DNA of 60,025 nucleotides, the filler included, from Basidiobolus ranarum (lineage: Eukaryota), in assembly GCA_040143965.1 (NCBI GenBank). It is 12 parts of 12 records of this genome, joined end to end, with 100 filler letters (N's around TTAATTAATTAA, not from the genome) between each part and the next. Parts side by side here need not be neighbours in the genome. Positions count along the whole stretch, not along the records: positions 25,112 to 30,025 come from JASJQH010008661.1; positions 30,126 to 35,033 come from JASJQH010008662.1; positions 35,134 to 40,037 come from JASJQH010008663.1; positions 40,138 to 45,038 come from JASJQH010008664.1; 8 more parts are not named here. One strand, written 5' to 3'. The notes beneath the pieces are model-generated. The model searched no databases. It was not told where the DNA came from and worked only from the letters and a program-made list of their open reading frames with translations. Positions 27,554-41,105 of the stretch are shown in pieces; the first letter of the stretch is position 1; the number at the start of each line of letters is the position of its first letter. Both the position numbers and the translations under genes were made by a program.

Positions 27554-28899
27554 CAGAAAGAATAGCAGTGTTCTATTTTTGCAGAATGGTATATATTCCT
27601 CACGTAATGCCAATTGACAAAATTGAAATATGCTCAATTCTAGATTCCCAATTAGCTTAGATCTATTTAAAAGGCAAAACCATCTCGGCTCAGATATAAG
27701 ATCGTAGCTACGTTGACCACTTGAATTCGACCAAGTTTCAGTCAGCCTTGATTGGGACGGCCTCTCGGAACGAGCTTTACGGTAGAGCTTCTTATCACAT
27801 GGATGTAACGGAACAGTTGGATCTACAACAACTCAAAGCATCTCTGATCACGTTTAAACTCTATTAGTTATTACCAAACAGCAACGGCATCTTCCAAAGG
27901 AAGTGATGGCTTGGTCTTCGGAATCCGACATCTAATGTAACCAGTCAATAACTGGGAATCAGATAAGTGATTTGAATACTCTATCTTGTTAGGCGGAACA
28001 TGTATCACGATACATGTGACTCAATGACCATAGCCACAGATTGGCCAGACCGTCAAGGATTTACTGCATGTAGGATTCAGAAGTCACTGGACAAATCGTG
28101 ACAAATCCCCATAACTAATCGGATAGGAGGCATCCATGAGCAGTTTTTTCTCCGTTTCCATATTCAGTCAAGGTGCATTGTAATACCCTCTTTAGGTTTT
28201 CGGGTCAGCTCTCATCCTCCAACCTCCTTGCTGGATCTAGGAAACAAGATTAGAAATGGCAATGAAGCCAAGTATATCATTCTGCGAGGATAAGCCCAAG
28301 TGGATGTAGATTGGTTGAGAATCTCACCTGGTAGCACTAAAGTATGTTGCTTATGTGAGCTTGTTACGAAGATTAGCTTCATATGCTTCGAGGTGATTAT
28401 CACCATTGGGAACCATTTGTAAACAGGAGTACTCTCGCACCTCTACGGTGGATCCGATTAGCGAAATTGACAACCGAAGCATCGTATTTTGTGGGAAATC
28501 TCTAGGTAATTTTGCTATTGTCTCGGGACATGATACTGAACTCTTTGCCATGTTAAACTAACATTCGATATGAAGCGAAATTTGGATCAAACAACCCACA
28601 CGTAGCACATTGTAATAGGCTATTGTTCAGCAAAGGTTTACTGGGGTAATGACTTGATCACCATATACCAGACTCGGCACTGAAAATGTCTAGCCACAAC
28701 GTACTGATGAACAGGCAAAGATCATTTGCCCCAGTCTCTACGGGGTGAGTGCTAGTTGCAACAAGCGTCAATAGAGGAAGCGCCCTAATGCCGATTCACA
28801 CGACCATCCTCGTTACAATGAAGGCGAGCATATCCTCTCAGTGCTTTATTGAAGATCCATGCTGAAGAGTAGTTGTATTAGTAATAGTATTTCTGGAGA

Positions 28900-29230
28900 A
28901 TGGGGTTTGTACAACTGGGCGATTAGGTACGTTTCAGCAATAAAACCATATTACAAGGGGCCATGAAAAACCACTATTTGGATAGTATGTTGCATCCATC
29001 GGATAGTATTTACCAAAGAGATAGAAGGCGTCACATAGATAGGCAAGGTATTCCATATATTTTATACAAGAGCAACCACTGAGAATCGGACAATGTAAAA
29101 TCCTATGAAGTATGCAAGAAGCATCCTGTGACAGATCAGATTTTTTGATAGTGCCCAAAACTTTCCTCCGTGTCCTTAAGTACTTTCGATATTCTACTTG
29201 AGCTTATTAATGTCTGCCGAATATCAATGT
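28900..29230 (-). pseudogene. Possible decayed membrane-protein (GPCR-like) fragment
   Basis: Hydrophobic stretch MLLAYFIGFYIVRFSVVALV* interrupted by stops. Confidence 0.2.
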
Positions 29231-29509
29231 TTGAGCAATACAAAAATCTAAATGGCTATATATCAAGTTACTAGTAATCTATAGACATGTAATATTGGGC
29301 TTCAAAGTAACGTGTTTTGTACTTTCCTATCACTTCAATGGCTTATGCATGCTATATATTCTGCATGAACTAACCACCATTAGAATGAACCCTGTAGGTT
29401 GTGAAGAGGTTGAGAGCAGCATTTGTGATGCCCTGAATAGATGTGCAAACATCATGCTCCCTTGATATATGCCAAGTGTATTTCAGATACAAATCTAATT
29501 CCAATAAAT

Positions 29510-30025
29510 ATATCAAATTAGCTAGAAATCCCATGTTTCATACTAGAAGCAAACATGTAGATATTAGACATCATTTTATTAGAAAGACTATAGAGAATAA
29601 GTTTATTGACTTAACTTATTGTTCTACCAAGAACATGATTGCTGATTTATTAACCAAACAATTAGCTAGACAGAAATTTGAGAAATTTAGACCCTCCTTG
29701 GGATTAGTTTATATGACTATTTAGTTGAGGGAGAGTGTTGAAATTAGCATTGCCTAAGCACCTATATAGTAATATATAGCTTATTATTTAGTTAATCTAT
29801 ATATTTGAATTTGGGGATAGGAAGAGTAAATTAGCTATATCTATACAAAGGCTAAGCTCTTGTGCATATTGAAATTAGCATTGTCTAGACACCTATATAG
29901 TCATATATAGCTTAGTACTTATTTATTATATATTTCACTAAGATATTACCAATAATTCTCAATCAGAATTTACCTGGAATATTTTTACCAACTTAGAAGT
30001 TCCCAGATATATAGATTTTTCAGAC
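29510..30025 (+). mobile_element. Copia family 1 RNase H end, PPT and LTR start (29736), plus a second LTR head at about 29868
   Basis: LARNPMFHTRSKHVDIRHHFIR..MIADLLTK; PPT TTGAGGGAGAG followed by TGTTGAAATTAGCATTGCC. Confidence 0.9.
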
Positions 30026-30196
30026 NNNNNNNNNNNNNNNNNNNNNNNNNNNNNNNNNNNNNNNNNNNNTTAATTAATTAANNNNNNNNNNNNNNNNNNN
30101 NNNNNNNNNNNNNNNNNNNNNNNNNCATTAAAACTAAGGCTAAAAATGGTTCCATTGGTATCAAAGTTTATGTAAGTAGCCGATTACAAGCTTAAC

Positions 30197-31075
30197 GTAG
30201 AAGACGGAGAAGTTAAGAGCAAGTCCAAGACGAATAGGATGAGTTGGTGCAAGTTCAGTCTGAGCAATGTCAGTGGCTTCTTTGTATGCTTCGTGAGCAG
30301 CGGTGGATGAATTCTTACGCTGGTCATCCGTAGCAAATTCAGCAAGATAACGGTGATAATCTCCCTTCCTAAATATTACATCGTCAGAATATCGTTTGGA
30401 ACCATATTTAAAATACTCTATTTACATCTTGTAATAGAAAACCTTGGATTCCCCAGCTTGGGCCCCAGGAATCAAATGCTGGTCCAAAAGTTCAAGAATG
30501 TCTCTGCAAACATCACCTAGTTCCTCTTCGACTTTCTTCTTATAAGATTTGGTTTTTTCAACGTGAGCTTCGTTACCCTTGCTTTCTTCCTTCTGCTCAA
30601 TAGAAGAAATGATTCTCCAAGAAGCACGTCTAGCACCAATGACATTCTTATATGCAACAGAAAGAAGATTGCGCTCCTCCACGGATAGCTCAGCACCAGC
30701 CTTTTATGATGAAATTCTCTGAGTTGGAATATATTTATAAATATGTGCATTGTATTCGCTATCATCAAACCTTGGCAAAATCCTTCATGTATTGTACCAT
30801 TTCTATTCGAGTAAGATGTTAGCACATAGAGTAATATAATGAAAAACAAGGAGTATTACCATCGTAACGCTCAGCCTGTTCGGCCAATTTAGCCATGTAA
30901 ATCTGTAACCAAAATATTGAGTGTCATACGTTAGCAAATACTATTTAAGAATGTACGCTTACCTGATCTTCTTTATTCTATAATAAAGCATTAGGAAAGT
31001 AGAAAATTATTAGTTGACATTAAAGAATTTAGAAATGCTAACTACAGCTCTGAAGCCAATATCACTTACAGCCAT
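30197..31075 (-). CDS. 14-3-3 protein (BMH/rad24 family), 3' truncated
   Basis: [24 protein letters not shown]..|..[53 protein letters not shown]. Confidence 0.97.
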
Positions 31076-32135
31076 TATTTCTTGTAAACAAAAGAACTCG
31101 AGGAAGTTTAGATATCGCTTGTCAGATAATACGAACAAATATAGCTCCCTCCTTAATTCGTTTGGATCTACCAGCTTTTGTTCCTATCAATAGTTTATTT
31201 AGAATTATTACTATTGTATCCGGAATTTTTCTATCCCTTGCATAGCAGACATGGGGGAATTGGGAGCCCTACTGAAAATACAATTGGTTGGTCATTAATT
31301 TTAGTTTTGTCACCATTTACACACAGGTTCTATTACTATGAAGCCAGATGATTAAATCTGATCATTTGAGTCATACAGACCAGACTGATTTGCCCATAGA
31401 CAATGATTAAAATCTGCAGGGGAGAGGAGGTATGTAGGGGATTCGATGATACCTTCAATTTTGACTGGCAAACTACTCCTAGTCAGCTGGTCGCTTATTT
31501 CCCTTGCATTGTAATAAATATTGAATACAATGAGACCATGATTGAGACTTTGTTAAGCGTTCTGGAAACATTATTGGTGATTGTTCTATATCTTCCTCTG
31601 GGTTTCCTATTGGCTCTAAACACTAGGACTGTACAAAGCGCCTTAACGTAGTAGGGTTTTTTTCATTCGCTTCAGAAACAATGCCTAGCAAAAGTTCTAG
31701 CCATACTAGTGTTCTGGTTTCAGAGCTGTCTCATTCATCCTTATGCGAGTATTAATTAGTCTGCCAGAAAATATCATGATTATTTTCAAAATAATCAGAG
31801 GAATGTCTGTTAAACAACAAAGGAGTATTTTACAGTGCAACCATCTATATCTGCTCACAGTTAGTTTCTATCTCAACACGTGATAATCAGTACAAAATTC
31901 TAGCATTGTATATATGGTAACGTTTCAAGGAGAATTGCTATTATTTGACTTCCAGAAATGGACAATAATTATGCTACCAGCCGAAGCGTAGTATTTATAG
32001 TAACACGGTAAACACCATATTATTTTTATTTGAACGATCGCATGTATCCGGTAAAATTTGTACAAATAAATGAAAATGAATTGGACTTATGTATAAAACT
32101 ACAGAGGGATGACAGGGGTTAAAATCATGCCATGT

Positions 32136-33600
32136 CTATCTTGGTCTAAAATACTCAGACTCTGTGATACTGCTTGAAGTGTCTATAGATATGGTGCTAG
32201 AATTGCTTGTATTTGGGGGCTCAAACAAATCATTTTGTCCTAAATGCCCATAGCCTGAGAGCTTCCCAGTTCGTAGATTATAAGTCAAGGCAGTGGACTC
32301 GGACTCTATAAAGCAAAGGTCATACGTCCCGAGGAGAAACAAAATGCGCTCTACCGTGGCTAGATACTGTTGAAAGATAGGCTCCATGTTGAGACTGCAC
32401 TCCATCAGTGTAGTGGCTCGGCTGGATTGTATCAAGGACACTGTATGTAACTTCAAGAGAGATGTTAATCAATAATCATGCTACATGGATCCAATGAAAG
32501 TCGAGGAGAATACCTCAGTGTATGTTGCACTATATAGGGCCAATAAATATTTGGTCTGATCAATAGCGGTCAAGTTATAAACACCACTTAGAGTGAGCGC
32601 TGGAGTGTAGTTCACTAGTGCACTATTGAGTTGACTAATGCGTTCCAAATAGATCTCTGTTGATTTTGCCGTACGATTGGCAACAATTAAAAGTATTCGA
32701 TTGTCGTTTAGTTGATATATATTAATAATGCTTTGACTTTCGATACACAGACTAAGTGACATTGGTATGATTCCTTCTGATTGTAATGTATTGGTGCATA
32801 TCTGGGGATTGCTGTTCGATGGTATACTCAATGGTTGCGAAAAAATCAGAAAAGGGGTCCAGCAAGTCTCCGACGAATCAATAAAGTCAACAAAGGTAGC
32901 TATATGGTCACAGCATATGAAAACTCAGGTAATGCTACATATTATTATGTTGTGCATAAATAAACTCACCATCATCACTGAGAGTACTGGCTAAGCTGGC
33001 TTCAGAAGCTGGAGAGATTGCAAGTGAAGGCGCATCGTCTAGAGACGTGAGCCTAAGCATACTGAGAAACTGTAGTGTAATAACCGGAACCTTAGATAGA
33101 ATATATACTAGTCGTATTTGTAGCCTGGGCATTCATGCTTCGCAGTATCTTGATTGTGTCACCTAGTCAGACTGACTTAAAATTCCGACTTCAGTGGTGA
33201 AACTAGAGGCTCAAAATCTTAGCATGCATCTCTAATCCCCGGGATAAGTCTAAGAATAAGTACTAATATACATTCTCAGGAGGAGGCTGACTTGGGCAAC
33301 CATGTGGAAATTTAGGACCGTCCACTATTAAGAGTTGGCTGTATGTATTAATGACTCTAGATCCACATCCAATTCGAACACGGACCAAATCCATATTTAA
33401 GCATCAAACTATTGGTGTTGAAGTCGAACAAGAAGATATTGTCAAATCGTTTTGTCATTGTACTACCCTTATTGAAGCCTGTAGAGAGCTCAAACTCTAT
33501 TATACGGGGAATTGTCCCAAGTTACATCCTGATCTCGGCCCGAATCTACACAATCTAGAAGAAACCCGAGGCCTCTGGAGATTTTAATGACTTCAAAATC
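32136..33600 (-). pseudogene. Truncated or decayed beta-rich gene resembling the N-terminal half of very large fungal VWA/GBP-VLIG-type GTPase proteins
   Basis: YQLNDNRILLIV..EIYLE..LNSAL..AIDQTKYLLALYS|..ILFLLGTYDLCFIESESTALTYNLRTG..GYGHL; upstream frames are broken. Family similarity is recalled, not searched. Confidence 0.45.
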
Positions 33601-34777
33601 TCAAATGCCTTATAATTTTTGATGTGTGGCAAAAGGAAGGGACTTGACGTTTATCAATGCTATGCATGTAGATCTTATACTTAGGAAACGTGAGACTAAA
33701 AGAGGCCGACGCCGCCTGCTCGAGATCTCGCTTTCTTGTACATTGGTATTGAGATTCTTTGGTAACTTGACCTCATACCAAAACCCGAATAACCAATCAA
33801 AGCATACTAACTTTACCAACACAGCGGGGTAAAGTTATTCTGTATCTCCCAATCGGATTTAATTTAAACGAAACAAACTATTCCAGCGAACTTGGTTACT
33901 CACAGGCTTAAAAGGTGTTTGATGACAAGCTTATGGCTGAATTCTATACTGCTGTAGAAGTGGGCAGTATTTTTCTCATCCATGATCTCCGTAGAATGAG
34001 TTGCAACTTTATCAACAAAGAGCACAATGTGAGTAGCCATACATTTTTTATTTATTAAGCAAGGATGATGCAGTTTGATTTCAACTATATATTCAAATGG
34101 AGTGTTCAACTCTGAAAAGATAGTCACTCTTGAAATACCAATAAGAATTCAAAACTATTCTACAACAGTTGATTGATGTGAGGATATTATGCATTTATGG
34201 AGAAATATATCTAATGTCAGTAAACCAGTGGATTTTGGATGAGGAGTTAAAGGAGCCCAAGAAATGCCTCAGCGCAAGACTGTTATTAACTGTACGTTAC
34301 TAGTCTCTTCATATTCGTCTGGACGATACTTGTAATGTGTATATCACGGTAAAGCAGTATATATGTAATGTTGATAATGCAAACTGAAGGTACACTACTC
34401 GGGAGCTGTGTCCAACGTATGGACAGTTTACGAATATTTGTGATCTAGCTCAATTTGTAATCTACTCTGACTTTACGCCACATACTGTGATAAAATCTAT
34501 TTGAACCGTATCTCGTACTACCTTTGATAGATTGGTTGTTTATTTCGAGTAGTTATAAATGCTTACTAGTAGATATAAAGCTGGGAGTTTAGAGATAAGC
34601 ATTAGATACCAGTGGTACACAACACGCGTATCTAACAAAAATATTTATGTACTTATCCATAATCATTGAAGTATACAGGATATGGATCATATATGCAATA
34701 AATATTAAATCAAAATTGCCCAATTATGTACATGTTAATTGTGGAATATTTGCAAATGGTGGATATTGAATGAGCAA

Positions 34778-35033
34778 TTATGAAGCGGTTAACAATGTAC
34801 CAGTATTCGTCGAGACCGAGATCAGTGAGGCTCTACGTCTAGCAGGTAGCATCTTTGCAACTTTGCGGAAGAATGATGGTTTTGAGTCACTAGCCAAGAA
34901 TTGTAATGAGCACTCAAACATAAAAGGCGTCACCCATCTCTCTCCATCAATAGACTCCAAATCTGCACGGTGCACAGGTGGGGTTGATGTTACCTCATAT
35001 GCCACTGCCCACCTCTCTTCTGCAGATTTGCTT
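34778..35033 (-). CDS. 3' end of an unknown gene
   Basis: Frame is open from the contig edge to a stop at 34778; CpG content is gene-like. Confidence 0.4.
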
Positions 35034-35133
35034 NNNNNNNNNNNNNNNNNNNNNNNNNNNNNNNNNNNNNNNNNNNNTTAATTAATTAANNNNNNNNNNN
35101 NNNNNNNNNNNNNNNNNNNNNNNNNNNNNNNNN

Positions 35134-36275
35134 ATTCCATGTTTAGAACAACCAATTGGACAGTCTTTGGAGCAATATTCTCCATCGTAATCACTCCTTA
35201 GTACCCCTCCTTTCTGTGCGGATTCTTTCTCTACCTTTGCATTGTGGTGCTTCATCATAGTTAAAGCTTCTGAATTTGATTTGAGAATGAATGTTGAAAT
35301 AAATGTTGTTTTTTCATCAATAAAGGTTGTAAAATACCTTTTGCCACCTGGCAAGATCTCTTTCATGGGCTTACATAGGTCTAAATGATTCAGGCCAAAA
35401 TGCTCATTGGATGGGATCTCTTTAGATTTTGAGAACAGCTCACTGTGTTGCTTTCCATAAATGCAACTCTCACACAGATCCTATTTGATGTCATTTTCAA
35501 TTTCTAAGTCTAAACTAAGCTGACTTGGGATCATTTGTGCAGTTTTTGTTCCCCAATGTGCCCTGATCTGCTATGCCATGTTTGACAGTGAATATCACCA
35601 ACTTTGGTCAAGTTTGCTTGCTTAGAATGTAACTTTTTGATTTCTAGCCTGTTTTAAGTGTTGGTCCCAGTAGCTAATTTGGTAATATTCCAATTGGTGA
35701 TATTACATGCAGTCTTGCTGAACAAGATATTTAGCCCTTGAGCTATTGCTTGGCTTACTAAGAGTAAATTCTTGGCTATATTTGGTACATTGAGTATATT
35801 ATCCAATTTTGCAGATGGAGTGGAGGAATTTTGGTCCAAATTAAACATAACTGTGCCCTTTGCAACTGCATCTAGTACATAGTCATCACCTTAATTGTCT
35901 TTGCTTGTTTTCATGGGTTTTAAGCTGGAAAATAAACCTTTCTTGTTGGATATATGCTGGGAAGCTCCTGAATGAATGTAGCACCTTTTGGAGTCTTTCT
36001 TGGAGGTAACTGATAGGGCAGACACAAATAGTTGATACCTATCAATGCTTACATGACTTTCTTGTTCTGATTTTAGCTTTTTGGCAAAAATTCTTTTTCT
36101 GCAATCTTTAATAAAATAGCCTGGTTTGTCAAAATATTTGCAGATGATTATATTCTGCTAATGGCACCCACCATTATTGAAGCCCATTGCATGTTCACAA
36201 CTCCAAAAATAAACCTAATTTGCATTATTTAGCAGAGAATGAGGACCCTTAATTCATCATTCACTTTCTAGCACC
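35134..36275 (-). mobile_element. Copia family 2 element A: decayed gag-protease-integrase
   Basis: Zn knuckle remnant, GASQHI protease remnant, CESCIYGKQH, GGKRYFTTFIDEKT, LRSDYDGEY. Confidence 0.9.
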
Positions 36276-39200
36276 TGACAAAATTGTTTAGGCAATTTGG
36301 AAGCTTTTTGGACAAGATTTCAATCTGTGAATTAGATGCTTAAGTTTTGATTGAATTGAATATTGCCTATTTATAGCTTACTATGAAATAAGACTATTGG
36401 ACATGCATTGATCATTACAGACATGCCTGTTCAGCATGGGTGAAAATTTGAGGTGATTTGGAGAGGTTTTGAGAAAATTGTGAACATTGGTAAATGTATT
36501 ACATTTGATATTGTAGCCCATAAGAGCAATAAACACACCTTTTTGCATGGCAGAATTGAGTACTAATTAATTGGAATATCTAAACTAACTACTAAATAAT
36601 GAGTTGTTGTTTACCTGATATCCACATTCTTGCTCAAATAATTATTTGGTATATCTCTTAAACCTTACTTTTATCTTTATAATTGATATAGCATTTTGGC
36701 TAAAGGTTTGGCTAAGATGTCAGCAATGATTTCTTCAGTAGGGCAACAGACTTGTTTATTTATATCATTCTCTATTGCTGCTCTGACAAAGGATGCCTAA
36801 TATCTCTATGTTTTGTTCAAGCATGATAAGTAGGGTTTCTAACCAATGAAATAAAATTTGGATTATCTTCAAATACAGTAATAGCATGTTTTGAATGTAT
36901 CCTAACTCTGTAGATAACTTCCTTAACCACATAGCTTCTTGTGTAATAGGCGAGGCAGCCATATACTCTGCTTCTGTAGTGGAAAGTGCTATAGTTGGTG
37001 GCTTCTTACTGTTCCAAGTAATGGCTCCATTTTGATAGAGAAAAGTGTACCCACTTATTGATTGTCTTTCATCAAGGTTTCTTCCCAGTGTGCATCACTG
37101 TAGCCTGCAAAGTTTTGTGCATCAGGAGTGCCAGAGTATTCCAGAACTAGAGCTACTGTTCCTCTCAAATACCTGAATATTCTGGTTACAGTTGTTTTTT
37201 GCTCAGAACCCAACTTTTTGAGATATTAGCTGCAGTTCCCACTGCCACAGCAATGTGTGGGTGTTCCATCCATTGTTTACACTAAGCCACCCACTGTGGA
37301 TTGATAAGGGAACTCCTGGCTTTGATTTGGGTTATTTTGGGCCACATCAGATGAAATTTTGATTAATTTCTCATTGGGATCCAATGGTGTTGATACAGAC
37401 TTGCTATTTGCCATGTTGAAGCATTTTAGGATGTTTGAGATGTATCTAGATTGATTCAGCATGATTATTAGATTCAGTTTATCTCTCTTGATTTAGATTC
37501 TAAAACAATTACATAATTTACAGTTATCAGTCATGTGAATTTGGCTTGATCAGTTGCTTTTTGTCTGCTTTGGTGCCTCTATATCATTTGTGCCTGTGAT
37601 CAAGTCATCCACATATACAGTCAAGACAGGGTCCTATTTCCAGTTGCTTCGGAGTAAATACTGTGATCTGCTATGCATATCTGGAACTCCAGTGATTCTA
37701 AATAGATATCTATCATGTTGAACCATAACATGGATGCTTGCCTAAGCCCTTATAGCAATATTTGTACTTCACAGACCATATTAGGATGTCTTGGGTCAAC
37801 AAATTCATTTAGTTTCTCCATATAGATCTCTTCTTGAAGATTTCCATTTACATCTATTTGATGAAACCCAAGGCTATAGATGGCTGAGAGTGCCAAGATT
37901 GAGCCAATGGAGCAAATGTCACACTAACATCAACTCCTGGATTCTGGGAATAACCTTTTGCAACTGATCTTGCTTTGTACCTGTTATTGTTCCATCAGCT
38001 CAGCTTTGCCCTTAGAGACCAATTTGCAACCTGTTAGCTTTCTTCCTGATGGTAGAGGACTTAAACACACACTTTATTGTGCTGAAGTGAAGAGAGCTCA
38101 TCAGATATTGCTTTCTCTCAAAATATTATTTCTGGACACTCCAGAACTGGAACTAGTGTCTGTGGCTTATCACAGAATGCTGCATCAGCAGAGATGCCAT
38201 CATTGGAAGTGTTCTACCACTCCCATTGCTGATTCCTCCTTCTTGCTGATCATGTAGGTCCTGAATCATCCTCTGACAAAACAGGTGCTTGAATATACAA
38301 TTGATTGGGCTCCAATACTGCTGGAATTTTGTCAGACTCTTCCTGAATAGTGCTGGTTGGGTTTCCTGGTTCAATTACTGTGCTTTGAGGCAAAAATTTG
38401 CTTTTCCTTCAAAAATCAAATCTCTGCACTTAATCAACTTATGATTTTGGACATCAAACAGTCTGTAGGCCTTGGATCCATCACAGTAACCAAAAAATAT
38501 ATATTTTTGCTTATATGTTGCAGTTTAGAGTGCTTTTGAGCTGGAATTATGCAATATGCTGTGCCACTAAAGATCTCTAGATGAATTACACTTGGTTTTG
38601 ATCTCTATAGAGCTTCAATTGGAGTAGAACTTTGTAGTAATCTTGTTGGGCATCTGTCTTCAATACAGACTGCAGTGGAGACAGATTCAGCCCATTGTTG
38701 GTAATCTAACTTTTGATCATGTACCTTTAATCTTGACAACTTTACTAAGGTCCTATTAGCATGTTCTAAGAATTCATTTTTCTGTGAAGCAAAAGGTATG
38801 GTAGTTTGTTGCTTGAGTCCATGTTGAAACAAAAACTAGCAAAGTCTTCAGAGCAGTATTCTCCACCATTATCACTCCTTAGTACCCTTATTTTTTTGTG
38901 CTGATTCTGTCTCTATTATTGCTTTGAAATGCTTAAACATAGCTAAGGCTTCAGATCTTGACTTGAAAAAGAATACTGAATTAAATCTTGTTTTGTTATT
39001 AATAAAGATCATAAAGTTCCTTTTGCCACCTAGTGAGATGTTTTTCATGTGCCAACAAAGGTCAGAATGAATCATGGCAAAATGCTGAGTGGATTTGATC
39101 TCTCCAGGGCTTGAAAATGGCTGTCTGTGATGTTTTCCATATATGCAACATTCACCCAGATATAATTTGGTATTATTTTTAATATCCAAGGCCAAATCAA

Positions 39201-39900
39201 GCTGATGTTGCATCATTTGGGTCAGTTTTTCCTCCTCAATGTGCCCAAATCTTCTATGTCGTGTTTGACAGCTTATTTCACCGATGTAGGCCTAGTTTGC
39301 TTGCTCAAATTGCAATTTGTTGATTTCTAACTTGTGTAAGCTTGGGGTTTTGATCCCAGCAGCTAATTTGATATTATTGTGAACACAAAATTTAGTCCTT
39401 CGGTTATTGCTTGTCTTACTAAGAGTAGGATTATGACTATATTTGGCACATAGAGTATATCATTCAATTTTGCAGATGGTATAGCTGAATTTTGCTCTAT
39501 ATTGAGCACAAATGAGACCTTAACATCTGCATCTAGTGCATAGTCACTACCAAGTAGACTTACCTTGTTTGAATGAAATTTTAAGGTAGGAAACAAATCT
39601 TTCTTGTTTGACAAATACTGCAAAGCTCCTGAACCAACGTACCACATTTGTGAGTCTTCTTTAATGGTTACTGAAAGAGTAGAAACATGTAGATGTTCCC
39701 TGTCAGTGCTTACTTGATTTTCTTGTTCCAATTTTAGCTTTTTGGCATAAATCCTTTTTCTGTAAACTTTGGTTAAATGGCCCACTTTCTTGCAATAGTT
39801 GCAAATGATTGATTTCCTATTAGGGGCACCATTATTGAAGCTTGTTGGGTAGCTTACAGCTCCAAAAAATGCCCAAGCTGCATTACTAGACTTGTTCCAT
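36276..39900 (-). mobile_element. Copia family 2 element B: gag end, PR, INT, RT, RNase H, PPT and 3' LTR (36276-36626); many stops
   Basis: CNYCKKVGH, WYVGSGALQY, HSDLCW, VYVDDLI, YSDA, WNSKKPPTIALSTTEAEY, IIADILAKPL; domain order INT before RT is diagnostic of copia. Confidence 0.92.
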
Positions 39901-40137
39901 CCAACCAGGTTCAATCATGCCACTCAATCCAGCCTGCTATCAGACCATCTGGTGCAATCTGTCAACTACCATGGCTAGGTCCTGTAACACTCAATTGGAC
40001 ACTATAAGGAACAATATGGCACTATCCCACCACAATTNNNNNNNNNNNNNNNNNNNNNNNNNNNNNNNNNNNNNNNNNNNNTTAATTAATTAANNNNNNN
40101 NNNNNNNNNNNNNNNNNNNNNNNNNNNNNNNNNNNNN

Positions 40138-41105
40138 TGTTAGCTCGGGAAAGACATTGATGCATTGTCCTCAATCAACCAACTTTGTCTTCATTTCTGG
40201 CAACTAAAACCCCCGCGACCGCCCCTCCAATAGATTGCCCATACACTACTATTTTAGTGTTCTTGAGCAAAGGATGCCCTAATATAAAATTGAGAGCAGT
40301 CTAATCCACGCTAATAAGCATTCGAAATCCATAAAGTCAACAGTTCTGAATAAAATACCTGGGCATCTATACGTAGCCCACTCTCACTTGGGCTCCCAGT
40401 GCTGAATCCATATCTATGTATATGCCGTCAATTAGTGACCTGTACAAGAATCATATTCATAACAACTACCCTACCCTCTATACGACAACATCAAAATATT
40501 ACATCGAAAGCGTTGGTGAAATCTCTTGGCGATAGGCAATCTATGCCCCTATGATTGATTTTGAAATTTTAGCTGAGCCTTACCAACTAGAGTTATTTCC
40601 TTTAGTAAACGTAGTATTTGATTAATACCATATTCCCGGCATTGGCCTATTGAAGATAAAGGTGAGTTTAATATTTTGTTCCTTAGGGTTTTTGGAGAGG
40701 AAAATGTGGTTATCACGTGTAAGTACAATAGGGTAGGAGCCTTGCGAGTGATTTCCTCCGTCTCGCGCGTTATGAGGTACGCTTTGAGCTCCTCGCCATC
40801 TGAAGTGGTCAAAGTCACATCTTCATAATCGTCCATATCATACAAGGAAGGAAAGTCGACCTGACGCAGATAAATATCAAGTTTATGGTTAATTAAGATA
40901 AATTTCTTCGTAGCCGAAAACTCATTCTTGTTCAAACTACCTTCTTCCTAGAGCCCGAAGGAAAGTAGGCTGGGTAGATGAGCTTACATTGAAGCAAATA
41001 AACCAGGGTTAGCCCTGAAAGGGTTGCTACTCCAGTGAAAGCTAATAGATACTTCAGTGATGTAGGGAGCCGAAGAACCCTGGGCATTCGCGTCAAGTAA
41101 GCCAT
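40138..41105 (-). CDS. bem46: Bem46/ABHD13 family alpha/beta hydrolase, 3' truncated
   Basis: N-terminal TM then QCKLIYP, YEDVTLTTSDG, LYLH|ANAGNM|GHRLPIA, LSYRG|YGFSTGSPSESGLRIDAQ, YGQSIGGAVA. Confidence 0.92.
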
